A stretch of 45,644 nucleotides of DNA. Source: a virus. How positions within the stretch are numbered: the stretch's first letter is position 1; each line of letters starts with the position of its first letter. The notes beneath the pieces are model-generated. The model saw only the letters and a list, made by a program, of their open reading frames with translations, was not told where the DNA came from and did not search any database. This document shows positions 24,558 through 33,327 of this stretch, piece by piece. The position numbers and the translations under genes are program-made. The DNA lies in the IMG/VR virus record IMGVR_UViG_3300037420_001400, one strand, 5' to 3'.

Positions 24558-27370
24558 TTTTTGCGGATGATCCGTATTTTATCCCCTTTCTTAATCACTT
24601 TCGTTCCGTCCGGAAGTATCTTGTCTTCTGGCTTATTCTTGTAATGCTGAAAGAACTTATTAATGTTCTTATTGGTAGATTCCATAGCTTTTAAAAGCCT
24701 TTCGGGACCCTCTGTTTTTTGCTGATTGTACTTTGCCTGATCTACGCTTATTTCATTCAGCACCTCCCTGTTGAAGGTGACACCTGTACCTGATAACAGT
24801 GGGGATAGATCCTGAAAAGTCAAGTGTGAATAGTTGTCGGTGTGCATTGCCTCCAATAATTTCCTGTGCTTTTTAGTGGTTTTGGCAGTGCTGACAAATT
24901 CCTGACCATGAACCGAACCAGCCACTTCATCGACACCGTAGTCACCTGTATACCCACCTTCCTTGAAACCTTGGTTAATAGCCTGCACCGCTTTTGCTTT
25001 TGCTGAAATAAATGCTCCAAGCATTAATGAGATAGTTGCAATTGCCAATGGTACGCCAACAAATGGGATTGCAGAGAACGCCTTGAATATCTCCGTGGAC
25101 GACGTAACCAGATCGCTAACCTGCGTTGCTGAATCAATTGCTAATTGAGCCAAAGCGAGCTTCTTTTTTTCCTCCTTGATTCGTTTCTCGTTTTCCAGCG
25201 CAGATTGTTTGGCGGCCTGTTCGTCTGCTATTTGAGATTTAATTGCATCAACGTTGTTGGCCAAGCCGTCCTTTTGAAGTTTCAACTCCTCTTCTAACTG
25301 CCGCTGTAAATCATCTATATTCTTGTCTCTTGAGTCCGCCGCCTCATCATTCAGTTTCAGTTGTTCGTCAAGCAGTTTTGTTTGTTCGGATATCTGACTG
25401 GTGAAGAATGTTTTCAACTGCTCTCCGGCCTTATTGAGACCTGCCTTCACTTTTTCCAGCTCCGCATCGGTTATGCCCAATAGTTTTGCGAGTGAAGAAG
25501 GCTGTTTATCAGCAAAATCCTTTTGCAGATCCGCAATCTTCTGCAATGTTTCCTGCTCAAGAATTACCCTTTGATCATTGGTAAGCGTGGTGTTTTGGAG
25601 AATGAAATCCCGTTCAGATTCCAGCGCCTGTACTTCCGAATCAAGTCTTTCTTTGCTGCCCTCTTTGGTTAGCAGAACCTTTGCCTTATTGGCTTCTGAA
25701 AGTGCTTTTTGATTTGCATCTACCTGTTGGTTAGCAAAATCAAGCGCGGCTTGATTCGCTTCCTCCTGATCCTTTTTGGATTTTTCGTAGAACGCCTTAT
25801 TTTGGGCTAATAGCTTATCGTTGGCCTCTTTATCTATTTGGTTCCTGATAATTCCGAATTGCTTCTGCTGCTCTTCGCTAAGCTCAAAACTACGATCGAT
25901 AAGTTTTCCCTTTTGAATGAGAGATTTTTCAAGCGCATCTATCCCCTCCTGATTCAACTTTCGTTCCGCTTCTATTCTCTCTGAACCAGACAGGGATTGA
26001 ATTTCAGCCGCCCGAGCTTTTTCTCGTAGGGACTTAAGCGCGTCCTGAAAATCTTTTTCTGCTTTCAGGAATTCGTCGCTGGCTTCTTTTTGTTTTCTTT
26101 TCCTGTCTTCCGCAGCTTTTTTGTCGGCCTCCGCTTGGATTTTTAAACGCTCCGCTGCAGTTTTTAATTGGTTGGCGTTTAATTTATCCGACTCCTCCCG
26201 GATCGTTTCTATGTTCTTGAAATAAGTAACTTGTTCTTCTGTGTATCCGGTTAGAGCGCTTGTAATGGATGTGCCCAAATCATCCCAGAACCCACCGGCC
26301 TCTGCTAATTTGCCTTTTGTTTCGTTCTTTATCTCCTGTAGTGCAATTCTGTTTCGCTCGGATAGATCACGAAGCTTACCCTCTGTTTCGGTGAGAGCGC
26401 CGGATAAAACAAGCTGCTGAGTCTTAACCTCTTCGAGCGCAATAATGTACTCGTTGTATGCATCCCGAAGCTCCTTTGTTTTTATAATGGTTCCATCAAT
26501 AGCCCTGGACCTCTCCTCTTCAGCTTTTTTTGCAGATTCGGTCTGCGATATGTAAGTCACAACAACCGCCGCCAGAGCAGCAAGAGCAGCGATTAGAATT
26601 CCAATAGGATTAGAATTCATTACTAAATTCAGTATCCTTTGTGAGATAGTTAGCTTTGCGTTGGCTGCGGCTTGTGTGTTTTTAGCAGCAGTTAATGTTG
26701 CGACCTCAATTGATTCAGCTCCAGTTAAAAGTATTTGCGCTTTTATCTGAGCATTAATCTTTGAAAGCTCCAGTACATTTAGCTTGTTAAGGATAATGAT
26801 TTTTGCCTTGCCTAATTCATCCTTGGTGTTGGCTAATTGTTGCAAGCCAGATAGCAATCCCTGTGCTGCCTGCACTTTGAGAAGAGTCTTTTCCAGCTCT
26901 TCGCTTCTCGCGCCCGTTAAAGCTATTGCAGATTGAGTAACAGTAAAAGCGCCCGCAACAGAAGATGCCAAACCGAGGAATGTTTTTGCTACCGCATCAG
27001 GATCAAGCGCTGCAATCGCTTCTTTCAAGTCTTTCAGGTCCGCCTTCTTCTGCCCGGCCAATGCAATGTTTTCGGCCCACTTTTCGGTTCCTTCTCCAGC
27101 AGCCAGTGCGGCCGCCTCAAGTTCCTTTATCTCTTTCTTAAGCTGCTGTGTTGCGCTTAGTATCTTCTTTTGGTTTTCAGATGGCTTTGGGTTGGCTATT
27201 TCATCGTTCGCTTTTTTAGCAGACGCGGCCACATCATCCAAACCCTTTTTTATATCAGATGAAGTTTTTTTGGCAGTTGTTGATACCTGCGAAAGTGTAT
27301 TCGCTGTTTCATTTAGTGCATTCTCGGCACTGGTATTATCGCCCGTTATTTTTAGTACTACCTCTGCCAT
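24554..27370 (-). CDS. Tape measure protein
   Basis: 938 aa, largely coiled-coil and Ala/Lys/Glu-rich, with internal hydrophobic segments. Lies downstream of the frameshifted chaperone pair. Confidence 0.85.
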   Translation of the reverse strand: MAEVVLKITGDNTSAENALNETANTLSQVSTTAKKTSSDIKKGLDDVAASAKKANDEIANPKPSENQKKILSATQQLKKEIKELEAAALAAGEGTEKWAENIALAGQKKADLKDLKEAIAALDPDAVAKTFLGLASSVAGAFTVTQSAIALTGARSEELEKTLLKVQAAQGLLSGLQQLANTKDELGKAKIIILNKLNVLELSKINAQIKAQILLTGAESIEVATLTAAKNTQAAANAKLTISQRILNLVMNSNPIGILIAALAALAAVVVTYISQTESAKKAEEERSRAIDGTIIKTKELRDAYNEYIIALEEVKTQQLVLSGALTETEGKLRDLSERNRIALQEIKNETKGKLAEAGGFWDDLGTSITSALTGYTEEQVTYFKNIETIREESDKLNANQLKTAAERLKIQAEADKKAAEDRKRKQKEASDEFLKAEKDFQDALKSLREKARAAEIQSLSGSERIEAERKLNQEGIDALEKSLIQKGKLIDRSFELSEEQQKQFGIIRNQIDKEANDKLLAQNKAFYEKSKKDQEEANQAALDFANQQVDANQKALSEANKAKVLLTKEGSKERLDSEVQALESERDFILQNTTLTNDQRVILEQETLQKIADLQKDFADKQPSSLAKLLGITDAELEKVKAGLNKAGEQLKTFFTSQISEQTKLLDEQLKLNDEAADSRDKNIDDLQRQLEEELKLQKDGLANNVDAIKSQIADEQAAKQSALENEKRIKEEKKKLALAQLAIDSATQVSDLVTSSTEIFKAFSAIPFVGVPLAIATISLMLGAFISAKAKAVQAINQGFKEGGYTGDYGVDEVAGSVHGQEFVSTAKTTKKHRKLLEAMHTDNYSHLTFQDLSPLLSGTGVTFNREVLNEISVDQAKYNQQKTEGPERLLKAMESTNKNINKFFQHYKNKPEDKILPDGTKVIKKGDKIRIIRKK

Positions 27371-28036
27371 TTGATTTTATTCTCTTTTTGTATGCCCTAA
27401 CAATCGCGTAAAACTCGAAAACATCTTTCCCCATTAAGCTGTCATAGTCTGCGGATCTTCCATCTGCTATCTCCCAAACTAAATTTGTCCACTGCTGGTA
27501 ATTCCTGTCTATAGCTACCCTTGTGTAGACCTGTTTTTCTACATCTTTATGACTTCCTCCAAAGAAGTCTGGATAAGCTCGTTGTAAATCTCCTTGAAGC
27601 CGGCGATAGAATTTATCGCTAATTGAAAAAAAGGGGTTATGTCCAGGCCCTCCGCTTCCCAATCCTTCAGTTTCTTATCTACCATGTCCTGGTTGATAAT
27701 CTTCCGGTCCTCGTCTTTCTCGTTCACAAACAACGCGGCCAGCTCAAGAGCCGGAATCCGCTTGTCTTCGGTGATCTTAATTCCATTTAAGGCATTATGT
27801 GCAATCACGGCGACATCTGCCAGTTTCTGCTTATTGCACAGCTCGAATATGTTTTGCATGGCTCTATACATTCCTGCAAATCCCGTCTGGTATGTTAGCT
27901 CGATCTGAAGCTTTTGATACATCATGAACCTTTCCTGAGATATTGACTTCTCAATGAAATATTCCTTTCCGTTCGCCATAAACGAGCCGACGTTTAGATC
28001 GATTACCTTTAACGGTATACCTTGTTTATCATCCAT
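27336..28036 (-). CDS. Tail assembly chaperone, -1 frameshift fusion product (gpGT-like, ~233 aa)
   Basis: The 0-frame reads CCT TTT TTT CAA. A -1 slip on T TTT TTT continues as TCA ATT AGC GAT (..PFF|SISDKFY..), the frame of ORF 27336..27662, which has no good independent start context. Confidence 0.7.
27539..28036 (-). CDS. Tail assembly chaperone (gpG-like, 0-frame product)
   Basis: Start at internal ATG 28036 (MDDKQGIPL..). Sits immediately upstream of the tape measure gene and contains a slippery T7 run near its 3' end. Confidence 0.7.
   Translation of the reverse strand: MDDKQGIPLKVIDLNVGSFMANGKEYFIEKSISQERFMMYQKLQIELTYQTGFAGMYRAMQNIFELCNKQKLADVAVIAHNALNGIKITEDKRIPALELAALFVNEKDEDRKIINQDMVDKKLKDWEAEGLDITPFFQLAINSIAGFKEIYNELIQTSLEEVIKM
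27626..27632 (-). other. Slippery heptanucleotide T_TTT_TTT for the programmed -1 frameshift
   Basis: Plus-strand A7 run at 27626-27632. Codon phase checked by hand against both ORFs. Confidence 0.7.
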
Positions 28037-28323
28037 GTAAAAAATATTGTGAGTGAAACAAAAAATATGTGATTCCCGATTGAGTATAAAACCATTTCTA
28101 TAGAGTGTGGGGTTGTAAGGCAGAAGAATAAATAGATCCATAACGCCATCTGTCCTGCCACACATTTATAGCACCCAATCAGTGGTTTAAACAACCATTC
28201 GGGCAGCCTGTTAAGCAGTTGGTATAGCCCATTAAAAACCATTCCCGGTTCGGTCAGGACATCCGAATACACGTAGGCGACAATCGCTATTTTAAGCGAC
28301 AAGATGTATAAGCTAAGATCCAT
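28009..28323 (-). CDS. Integral membrane protein (3-4 TM; KPLIGCYKCVAGQMALW motif) inside the tail module
   Basis: Start at internal ATG 28323 (MDLSLYILSLKIAIVAYV..). Several hydrophobic spans. Overlaps both neighbouring genes. Confidence 0.5.
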   Translation of the reverse strand: MDLSLYILSLKIAIVAYVYSDVLTEPGMVFNGLYQLLNRLPEWLFKPLIGCYKCVAGQMALWIYLFFCLTTPHSIEMVLYSIGNHIFFVSLTIFFTWMINKVYR

Positions 28324-28930
28324 TGTCAATGCAGTTTTCGGGCAAGCTGCCAACCCAATCGTTAATACATTTGTATGGTAATCTGAATTTCACACTGAAG
28401 TTCATGGCGTAATAATCGTAGGGGTAAAGAAGGTATTGGTTCACCTCCTCTGAATAGGAATATTTTGAGAATATTGCAGATGTTTTGGATTCTAATCCGG
28501 TGCACCTGATCTGTATCCTCGTAAAATCCCCGCTATTGAAGGTGTCGGATCGTATGGTTTTTAGAACTGCAGCTATAGCCAAATGACTAACGGAACAGGT
28601 AGTCTTCCCAAGTCTCTGCAAATTCAGCCAACCAACAAGGCGGAGCTTTGCTTCGAAATCAAAAGAAGACTGGTCCTGTGCCGATATCGCAACGCCCATA
28701 TCCTCGAAATAATGAATGGACTTGTATTTTGAGTTTGGAACCAGGTCGGTATATTTCCCGCCAACACAATCTTTTTGGGTTACATCACAATCAACCGGGA
28801 ATGACTTAACAATGGTTCCCTTATCAGTGGAATCCTGCCTACGAACTACCCGAACTGCACCTGCCACCCTATCCATGAAGGCGAGACCTTCGATTTGGCC
28901 CTTGATTATTTTGGCTATTTCTGAGTTCAT
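28313..28930 (-). CDS. Virion protein (candidate tail tube or tail terminator, by position only)
   Basis: 205-aa ORF between a neck-like gene and the chaperone region. No motif recognised. Confidence 0.3.
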   Translation of the reverse strand: MNSEIAKIIKGQIEGLAFMDRVAGAVRVVRRQDSTDKGTIVKSFPVDCDVTQKDCVGGKYTDLVPNSKYKSIHYFEDMGVAISAQDQSSFDFEAKLRLVGWLNLQRLGKTTCSVSHLAIAAVLKTIRSDTFNSGDFTRIQIRCTGLESKTSAIFSKYSYSEEVNQYLLYPYDYYAMNFSVKFRLPYKCINDWVGSLPENCIDNGS

Positions 28931-29400
28931 GATCCTAATTCTTCGTTTACGATGTCCGCCACATCCTGCAGGTATGCGTCCATCATTATTTTTTCTTCCG
29001 CCTTACTTACCCGGAGTACATCCCCGTAATGTTCGCTGTTATAGTTTATTTTGTTCTGAGCAAACTGATCGGTTCCGCCAAGCGTTACGGTATACTTTCC
29101 ATTCTGAATTTCTCTCTTTGTGATGTTCAGCTTTCTGAGCATATCCCCGGTAAATACAAGACGGTTCGGTGTTACGTTCAGTCCTTTTTTTATCCTTCTT
29201 TTCTCGTATCTGGCACTGTAATCAGGAAAAGCAACCTCGTTACCTGATGCATCCACATTTAACCCCTCCTGTGTCACCCGCGCCCGCATAAGAGCCTTCT
29301 GATTTAAAGCCCTTTCATCAATGAGATTGGGAAGCGCTGTATTTAAAGCGTCAAGCGCCTTATCCATCTTTTGCTTAAACTCTTCCGGTGTTAGTGCCAT
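28927..29400 (-). CDS. Head-tail joining / tail-completion protein (HK97 gp10-like)
   Basis: ..FPDYSARYEKRRIKKGLNVTPNRLVFTGDMLRKLNI.. resembles the conserved core of gp10-type neck proteins. Position is downstream of the capsid genes. Confidence 0.4.
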   Translation of the reverse strand: MALTPEEFKQKMDKALDALNTALPNLIDERALNQKALMRARVTQEGLNVDASGNEVAFPDYSARYEKRRIKKGLNVTPNRLVFTGDMLRKLNITKREIQNGKYTVTLGGTDQFAQNKINYNSEHYGDVLRVSKAEEKIMMDAYLQDVADIVNEELGS

Positions 29401-30524
29401 TACGAAAAGATTCCTACTTTAACCACATCATCAAAGTCGTTACAGGTCAGGCAATCGTTAGCCTTCCAGTTTATATTGTCGGATAGATACGATATCCGGT
29501 TCTGATACTCTTTCAGGTAATTGTTTCGCTTACCATACAGTGCCTCCCTTTCCATCATGGTATACCTGTTCAGGTTTCCGGTAGAAAGTATTTCATCAAT
29601 CACAATTGCGGCTGCCCGGTATCTTACAGCGTATGCCATTACATAGGCCAGTTCGTTCCCCTCATAATCAAATACGTTTTTACATATGAGGTCAGAGGTT
29701 TTGCAGATAAATTTTGCGTCCAGGATGATCCCATTCAGATATTCAGACGTGCCCCAATTCTCCCGGTACGAAATATCGTTCCCCTGGATGCCCGTAATCA
29801 TAATGTACTCGCTCCACCTGTCCTTTTCGTATGATTTGTAAACCGGATTTGCTGTGTTCCAGTAGTACTTATAATTGGCGGAGCTGCACCCGCATGATCC
29901 TCTGACATCTTTTGGCTTCATTCCACTTACCGAATAGATCAGGTAATATTGTGGGTTCTCCCCGGTATCATCCGACATTACAAGTTCTACCGGGGTTGGT
30001 AAATCATACCACTGAAACTTATTGGCAACCGATGTAACTGAAAATGTGTGGATCGGATCCGGGCTCACGTTGTCGTAAATTTCTATATCGAACGTGTTAG
30101 CCTGATCGAACGCAAGCCCGATTCGATTGATCGTCATAACCCCGCTAATGATGTTGGCACAGTAAATACGTACGCCTCCAAAAGCACCTGTAAGCGTAAG
30201 GGAGTTTTTGAATTTTGAGCTTCCAACTACACCCATAAAAGGATGCCTCTTTTGCTTGTATTTTTGGGCAAGAGAGGCCATTAAATCGGACTTGAAATAT
30301 GTAGTTCCGTTTGTCCTGGCCCTGGAAAGAATGTCCCATAAGGACCCGGATTCACAATCAGATGCAGAATCAGCCATGTTAAGCGTTAACCCTTCGATCT
30401 CATCAAGATAAATCCCGCTATCGGATACATTCGCATCCGTCGGTTTATAGTCATCGAAGCATTCGCAATTAGTTTGTGAAAGTCCGATTATATTGGTTAG
30501 GCAATCTGAGGCTGGTTGTGACAT
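29400..30524 (-). CDS. Cys-rich virion protein, function unknown
   Basis: 374-aa ORF directly after the capsid gene and terminator. About 11 Cys by my count, including CEC, CGC and CLTC pairs. Confidence 0.5.
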   Translation of the reverse strand: MSQPASDCLTNIIGLSQTNCECFDDYKPTDANVSDSGIYLDEIEGLTLNMADSASDCESGSLWDILSRARTNGTTYFKSDLMASLAQKYKQKRHPFMGVVGSSKFKNSLTLTGAFGGVRIYCANIISGVMTINRIGLAFDQANTFDIEIYDNVSPDPIHTFSVTSVANKFQWYDLPTPVELVMSDDTGENPQYYLIYSVSGMKPKDVRGSCGCSSANYKYYWNTANPVYKSYEKDRWSEYIMITGIQGNDISYRENWGTSEYLNGIILDAKFICKTSDLICKNVFDYEGNELAYVMAYAVRYRAAAIVIDEILSTGNLNRYTMMEREALYGKRNNYLKEYQNRISYLSDNINWKANDCLTCNDFDDVVKVGIFS

Positions 30525-30535
30525 GTTGGTTTAAT

Positions 30536-30564
30536 AAAAAAGGGCTGGGTTAAATTCCCAACCC
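30536..30564 (-). terminator. Rho-independent terminator/attenuator after the capsid gene
   Basis: Minus strand: GGGTTGGG-AATTTAA-CCCAGCCC (one G-U pair) followed by TTTTTT. Lies between the capsid stop (30588) and the next start (30524). Confidence 0.65.
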
Positions 30565-30587
30565 TTTCAGTTCAAAGTATTTATTGA

Positions 30588-31592
30588 TTACTCACAGTTG
30601 AATTTCAACACTCCTGTGTTGTTCAGGTTACATCCTACCGGATTACGGAAGATGTCAGCCTTGGTTTGGATGGACCAGTTGTGCTTGATGTCGTCACCCG
30701 AACAAGTAACCTTGTAGGTAACATCATAGAACACACCCGGTAGGTTCTTCGATTCAACACTGTATTTTAATCCAACGTTTGCGCCGAAATCTTTTGGCGA
30801 GGTTGGCCAGTATGCTTTCGAGGCAAAAGCAACCGCGTTACGGTCGATCAGGAAAGAAGATTTGTCCGGGGAAAGAACGCTGTCCACATTGAACACATCC
30901 CAGTATGAGTGGAGGGTTTTCATCTTCGCTAACTGATCCTTCATATCGGCGTTCATATTGTTTTTATCCGCATTGAAAGCGGCCTCAAACAGGTTGTCGC
31001 CGTTCAAAAGGAATGCATCACGGAACTTGTTTTTCTTCATAACCAGCGCGAAGTAGCCGAACAGGTTGGCGTTCCAATACGCTGGTGCCACGCTCGTCTC
31101 GAAGCCTGATACAACACCTTTTCCGCCATTGTATGCGTTAACCCCCTTGAATGACTCAAGGCGCTCCACGGTCTTTTCCGCAAGGTATTCGTCCAAGAGT
31201 TTCATTTTTCGCATCATCTGAACCGCGATCACCTCCTCTTTGGAGAACATGGATGTACGGAATGTCTTCTCGTCCACCGTGAAGCCTACTTTCTTGCAGA
31301 GCGTCAATGTGTGTGTATCGCAAGATGCTTCCGCTTCTGCTCCACCTACCGTACATTCTGTACCGCAATCTTCGAGCGTTTCGTCACAATCCTTGATCCA
31401 AGCGATCTTGATCGTGTTGTCCTTCTCCGGTGTTTCAAGGTCCGGAAACCTTACTGTTTGTTCGGTTCTGATCGCTGTCAATGCTTCTACATCTGCGATA
31501 AAATCCTTTTTGTACGCTGCATCTGCCCACATATTATCGGCCTTGAGCTGCACTTCCGCTAACTCGGCACATGAAAATTGTCCTGCTGACAT
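30588..31592 (-). CDS. Major capsid protein
   Basis: 334 aa, immediately downstream of a scaffold-like gene and followed by a terminator. Assignment is by position and size. Contains a 5-Cys cluster at aa 69-100. Confidence 0.6.
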   Translation of the reverse strand: MSAGQFSCAELAEVQLKADNMWADAAYKKDFIADVEALTAIRTEQTVRFPDLETPEKDNTIKIAWIKDCDETLEDCGTECTVGGAEAEASCDTHTLTLCKKVGFTVDEKTFRTSMFSKEEVIAVQMMRKMKLLDEYLAEKTVERLESFKGVNAYNGGKGVVSGFETSVAPAYWNANLFGYFALVMKKNKFRDAFLLNGDNLFEAAFNADKNNMNADMKDQLAKMKTLHSYWDVFNVDSVLSPDKSSFLIDRNAVAFASKAYWPTSPKDFGANVGLKYSVESKNLPGVFYDVTYKVTCSGDDIKHNWSIQTKADIFRNPVGCNLNNTGVLKFNCE

Positions 31593-31607
31593 GGTTGTTT
31601 AATTTTT

Positions 31608-32507
31608 TTAGTTATTACTGGCTTCCTTTGCTTTTGCGTACGCCTCTTTGATCATGTTCTTTTCCTCAATTGTTTTGGTTTTGTCGAACAAGGCAGCGGT
31701 GTACTCTTCATCGTTTTTAGGAACTGTAATATTCACAGGAGTTACTTTCTTTTTTGGGTCATCGCCATTTCCGGCGTTTTTCTTTGGGTCTGCAGCGTGG
31801 AAATCGTAATACTTTCCGGCTGTGTCCTTTACCATCTTTTCGAGGGTAACGACTTTACCGTATGTATCTTCAATCGCTTTACCATCTTTCAGAACCAGAA
31901 TTCTTTCTCCCTGGATCTCGAAATCGTATCCCTGAAATCTCTCTACAAACAATTCTTCCTGCGCTTTTCTTTTCACCGGATCAGATGAAAGAACAGGATT
32001 CATTTTGTGGAAATACTCAAGAACGGATGTCGAAACCTTTCCAAAAGTTTCCTTTTTATTCAGTTCCTTTTGGAATTGGCTTAATTTCGTTTCGCCATCA
32101 GCTTTCGCGGCCTCAATAGCCTGATCTTTTTCTTCAAGCCAGGTTAGAACCTTTGGGTGCTTTTTCAGCTCGTCATCGGTTAATTCCCCTTCCTTCTTTG
32201 CTGTGTTGGCGTAATCGAGAACCAAATCAATTCCCTTTTTGTCGGACTTGTGCCCGGTCTTTGCCTTGAAATCGCTCTCAAACTTCGACAACACCTCCGA
32301 TTGGGCTTTTTTGTAACCATCATCAAATGCTGTTTTTTGAGATCCTGATTTCAAGTCAGAAACACGTTTAGCGAACAGGTCTAAGACCGTTTGCTTTGCG
32401 TCGTCCTTCATTGATCCATCCTCGTTAAAAAGTGAGGCTACTCCATTTTCGTCAAGATTTAAAGTCTCTGACAGGACTCCAGTAAAAATTTCTTTTATCT
32501 CAGGCAT
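31608..32507 (-). CDS. Scaffolding protein
   Basis: 299 aa, K/E/D-rich with predicted helical character. Sits directly upstream of the capsid gene. Confidence 0.5.
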   Translation of the reverse strand: MPEIKEIFTGVLSETLNLDENGVASLFNEDGSMKDDAKQTVLDLFAKRVSDLKSGSQKTAFDDGYKKAQSEVLSKFESDFKAKTGHKSDKKGIDLVLDYANTAKKEGELTDDELKKHPKVLTWLEEKDQAIEAAKADGETKLSQFQKELNKKETFGKVSTSVLEYFHKMNPVLSSDPVKRKAQEELFVERFQGYDFEIQGERILVLKDGKAIEDTYGKVVTLEKMVKDTAGKYYDFHAADPKKNAGNGDDPKKKVTPVNITVPKNDEEYTAALFDKTKTIEEKNMIKEAYAKAKEASNN

Positions 32508-32686
32508 TATTTCTTTGATTGGTTTCTCTTCTTGTGGACCTCTACGCTCAATTGTTTTAGCTCAATTGGCTTACTGTCCTCTACAATCTCATATTTGCCA
32601 GCTAATCCCTTGGCAACAATCTTTGATTCAAAATCCATTGCTGTTACCTCAAAGGTTCCGCCGTGCTTTTTGTTCCGAATCACCAT
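32507..32686 (-). CDS. Hypothetical 59-aa protein (below the ORF-track cutoff)
   Basis: Hand translation: MVIRNKKHGGTFEVTAMDFESKIVAKGLAGKYEIVEDSKPIELKQLSVEVHKKRNQSKK. TAATG overlaps at both ends. Confidence 0.45.
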   Translation of the reverse strand: MVIRNKKHGGTFEVTAMDFESKIVAKGLAGKYEIVEDSKPIELKQLSVEVHKKRNQSKK

Positions 32687-32943
32687 TAGGCTTTCGGTTT
32701 AGGTCCCGGTTTTGCTTTTGTCTTCAGGTCGCCGGTTAAAGATGGATCAACAATCTCCTCATCATTTGGTTCTGGAGGATCCTGGGTTTTTTGCTTGATG
32801 ATCTGCACTTCTGGTGGTGTTGATGCTACGGCCTGAAATCCCTCCGTGCGTTTTTCTGCTACCATTGTGTTCCAAACTTCTTGTACGATCCAGCCTTCTA
32901 TACCGTTTTTTGTAACTTTTTGATGAGTCCTCGACTTGTCCAT
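32686..32943 (-). CDS. Hypothetical protein (first gene of the scaffold/capsid transcription unit)
   Basis: Start at internal ATG 32943 (MDKSRTHQK..). The C-terminus is Pro/Lys-rich. Confidence 0.5.
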   Translation of the reverse strand: MDKSRTHQKVTKNGIEGWIVQEVWNTMVAEKRTEGFQAVASTPPEVQIIKQKTQDPPEPNDEEIVDPSLTGDLKTKAKPGPKPKA

Positions 32944-32978
32944 TTTTTTGTGATTGTTGGTTATGAAAATTGTTAACA

Positions 32979-33052
32979 CAAAATTCGTTTGATAGTGGGT
33001 AAATAAATCGAATACCGTTGTGGTTTTGTAGCCAATACCGTTGTGGTTTTGT
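32979..33052 (-). promoter_or_regulatory. Late promoter unit 3: GAATTTTG box + N26 + CCACAACGGTA (two tandem copies of a 19-bp repeat)
   Basis: Plus-strand CAAAATTC at 32979-32986. AATACCGTTGTGGTTTTGT at 33011-33029 and 33034-33052, a perfect direct repeat with a 23-bp period. Confidence 0.55.
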
Positions 33053-33090
33053 TAGCGATTTAATAAATTTGGTGAACCAAAAAATAAACT

Positions 33091-33327
33091 ATGAAGGCTC
33101 AAACATCCGAAAACCAAAAACCTGAAAAGAAGGAGAAAAATTATTACAACATTCCAAAGGATCAGGAGTATGTACATGGTACATGGACCCTTGAAGGAAA
33201 CGCGGCCTTAATCGCTAAACAAAAGAGGGACGAAATAAAAAGGACGAAAGGAAGCTGTGGTTATAAAAGAGCTATTAACGCGCTTCTTTGCGAGTTATAC
33301 AATTTGAAACACGGAAACGCGGCTTAG
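33091..33327 (+). CDS. Hypothetical small protein, opposite-strand insert in the head module (moron-like)
   Basis: 78-aa ORF on the plus strand between leftward late genes. Convergent 4-nt overlap with 33324..34220. Confidence 0.5.
   Translation: MKAQTSENQKPEKKEKNYYNIPKDQEYVHGTWTLEGNAALIAKQKRDEIKRTKGSCGYKRAINALLCELYNLKHGNAA

Noticed and set aside
27336-27662. ORF 27336..27662 as an independent 108-aa gene
   Set aside because: It lies in the -1 frame overlapping the chaperone 3' end with a T7 slippery run. It is better explained as the frameshift extension.
31240-31602. Plus-strand ORFs antisense to the capsid gene
   Set aside because: Ser/Ala-rich shadow frames inside the best-positioned capsid candidate.
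33011-33052. 19-bp direct repeat with 23-bp period as a possible CRISPR or minisatellite array
   Set aside because: There are only two copies with a 4-bp spacer. The core 11-mer recurs at two other promoter regions, so it is interpreted as a regulatory site.
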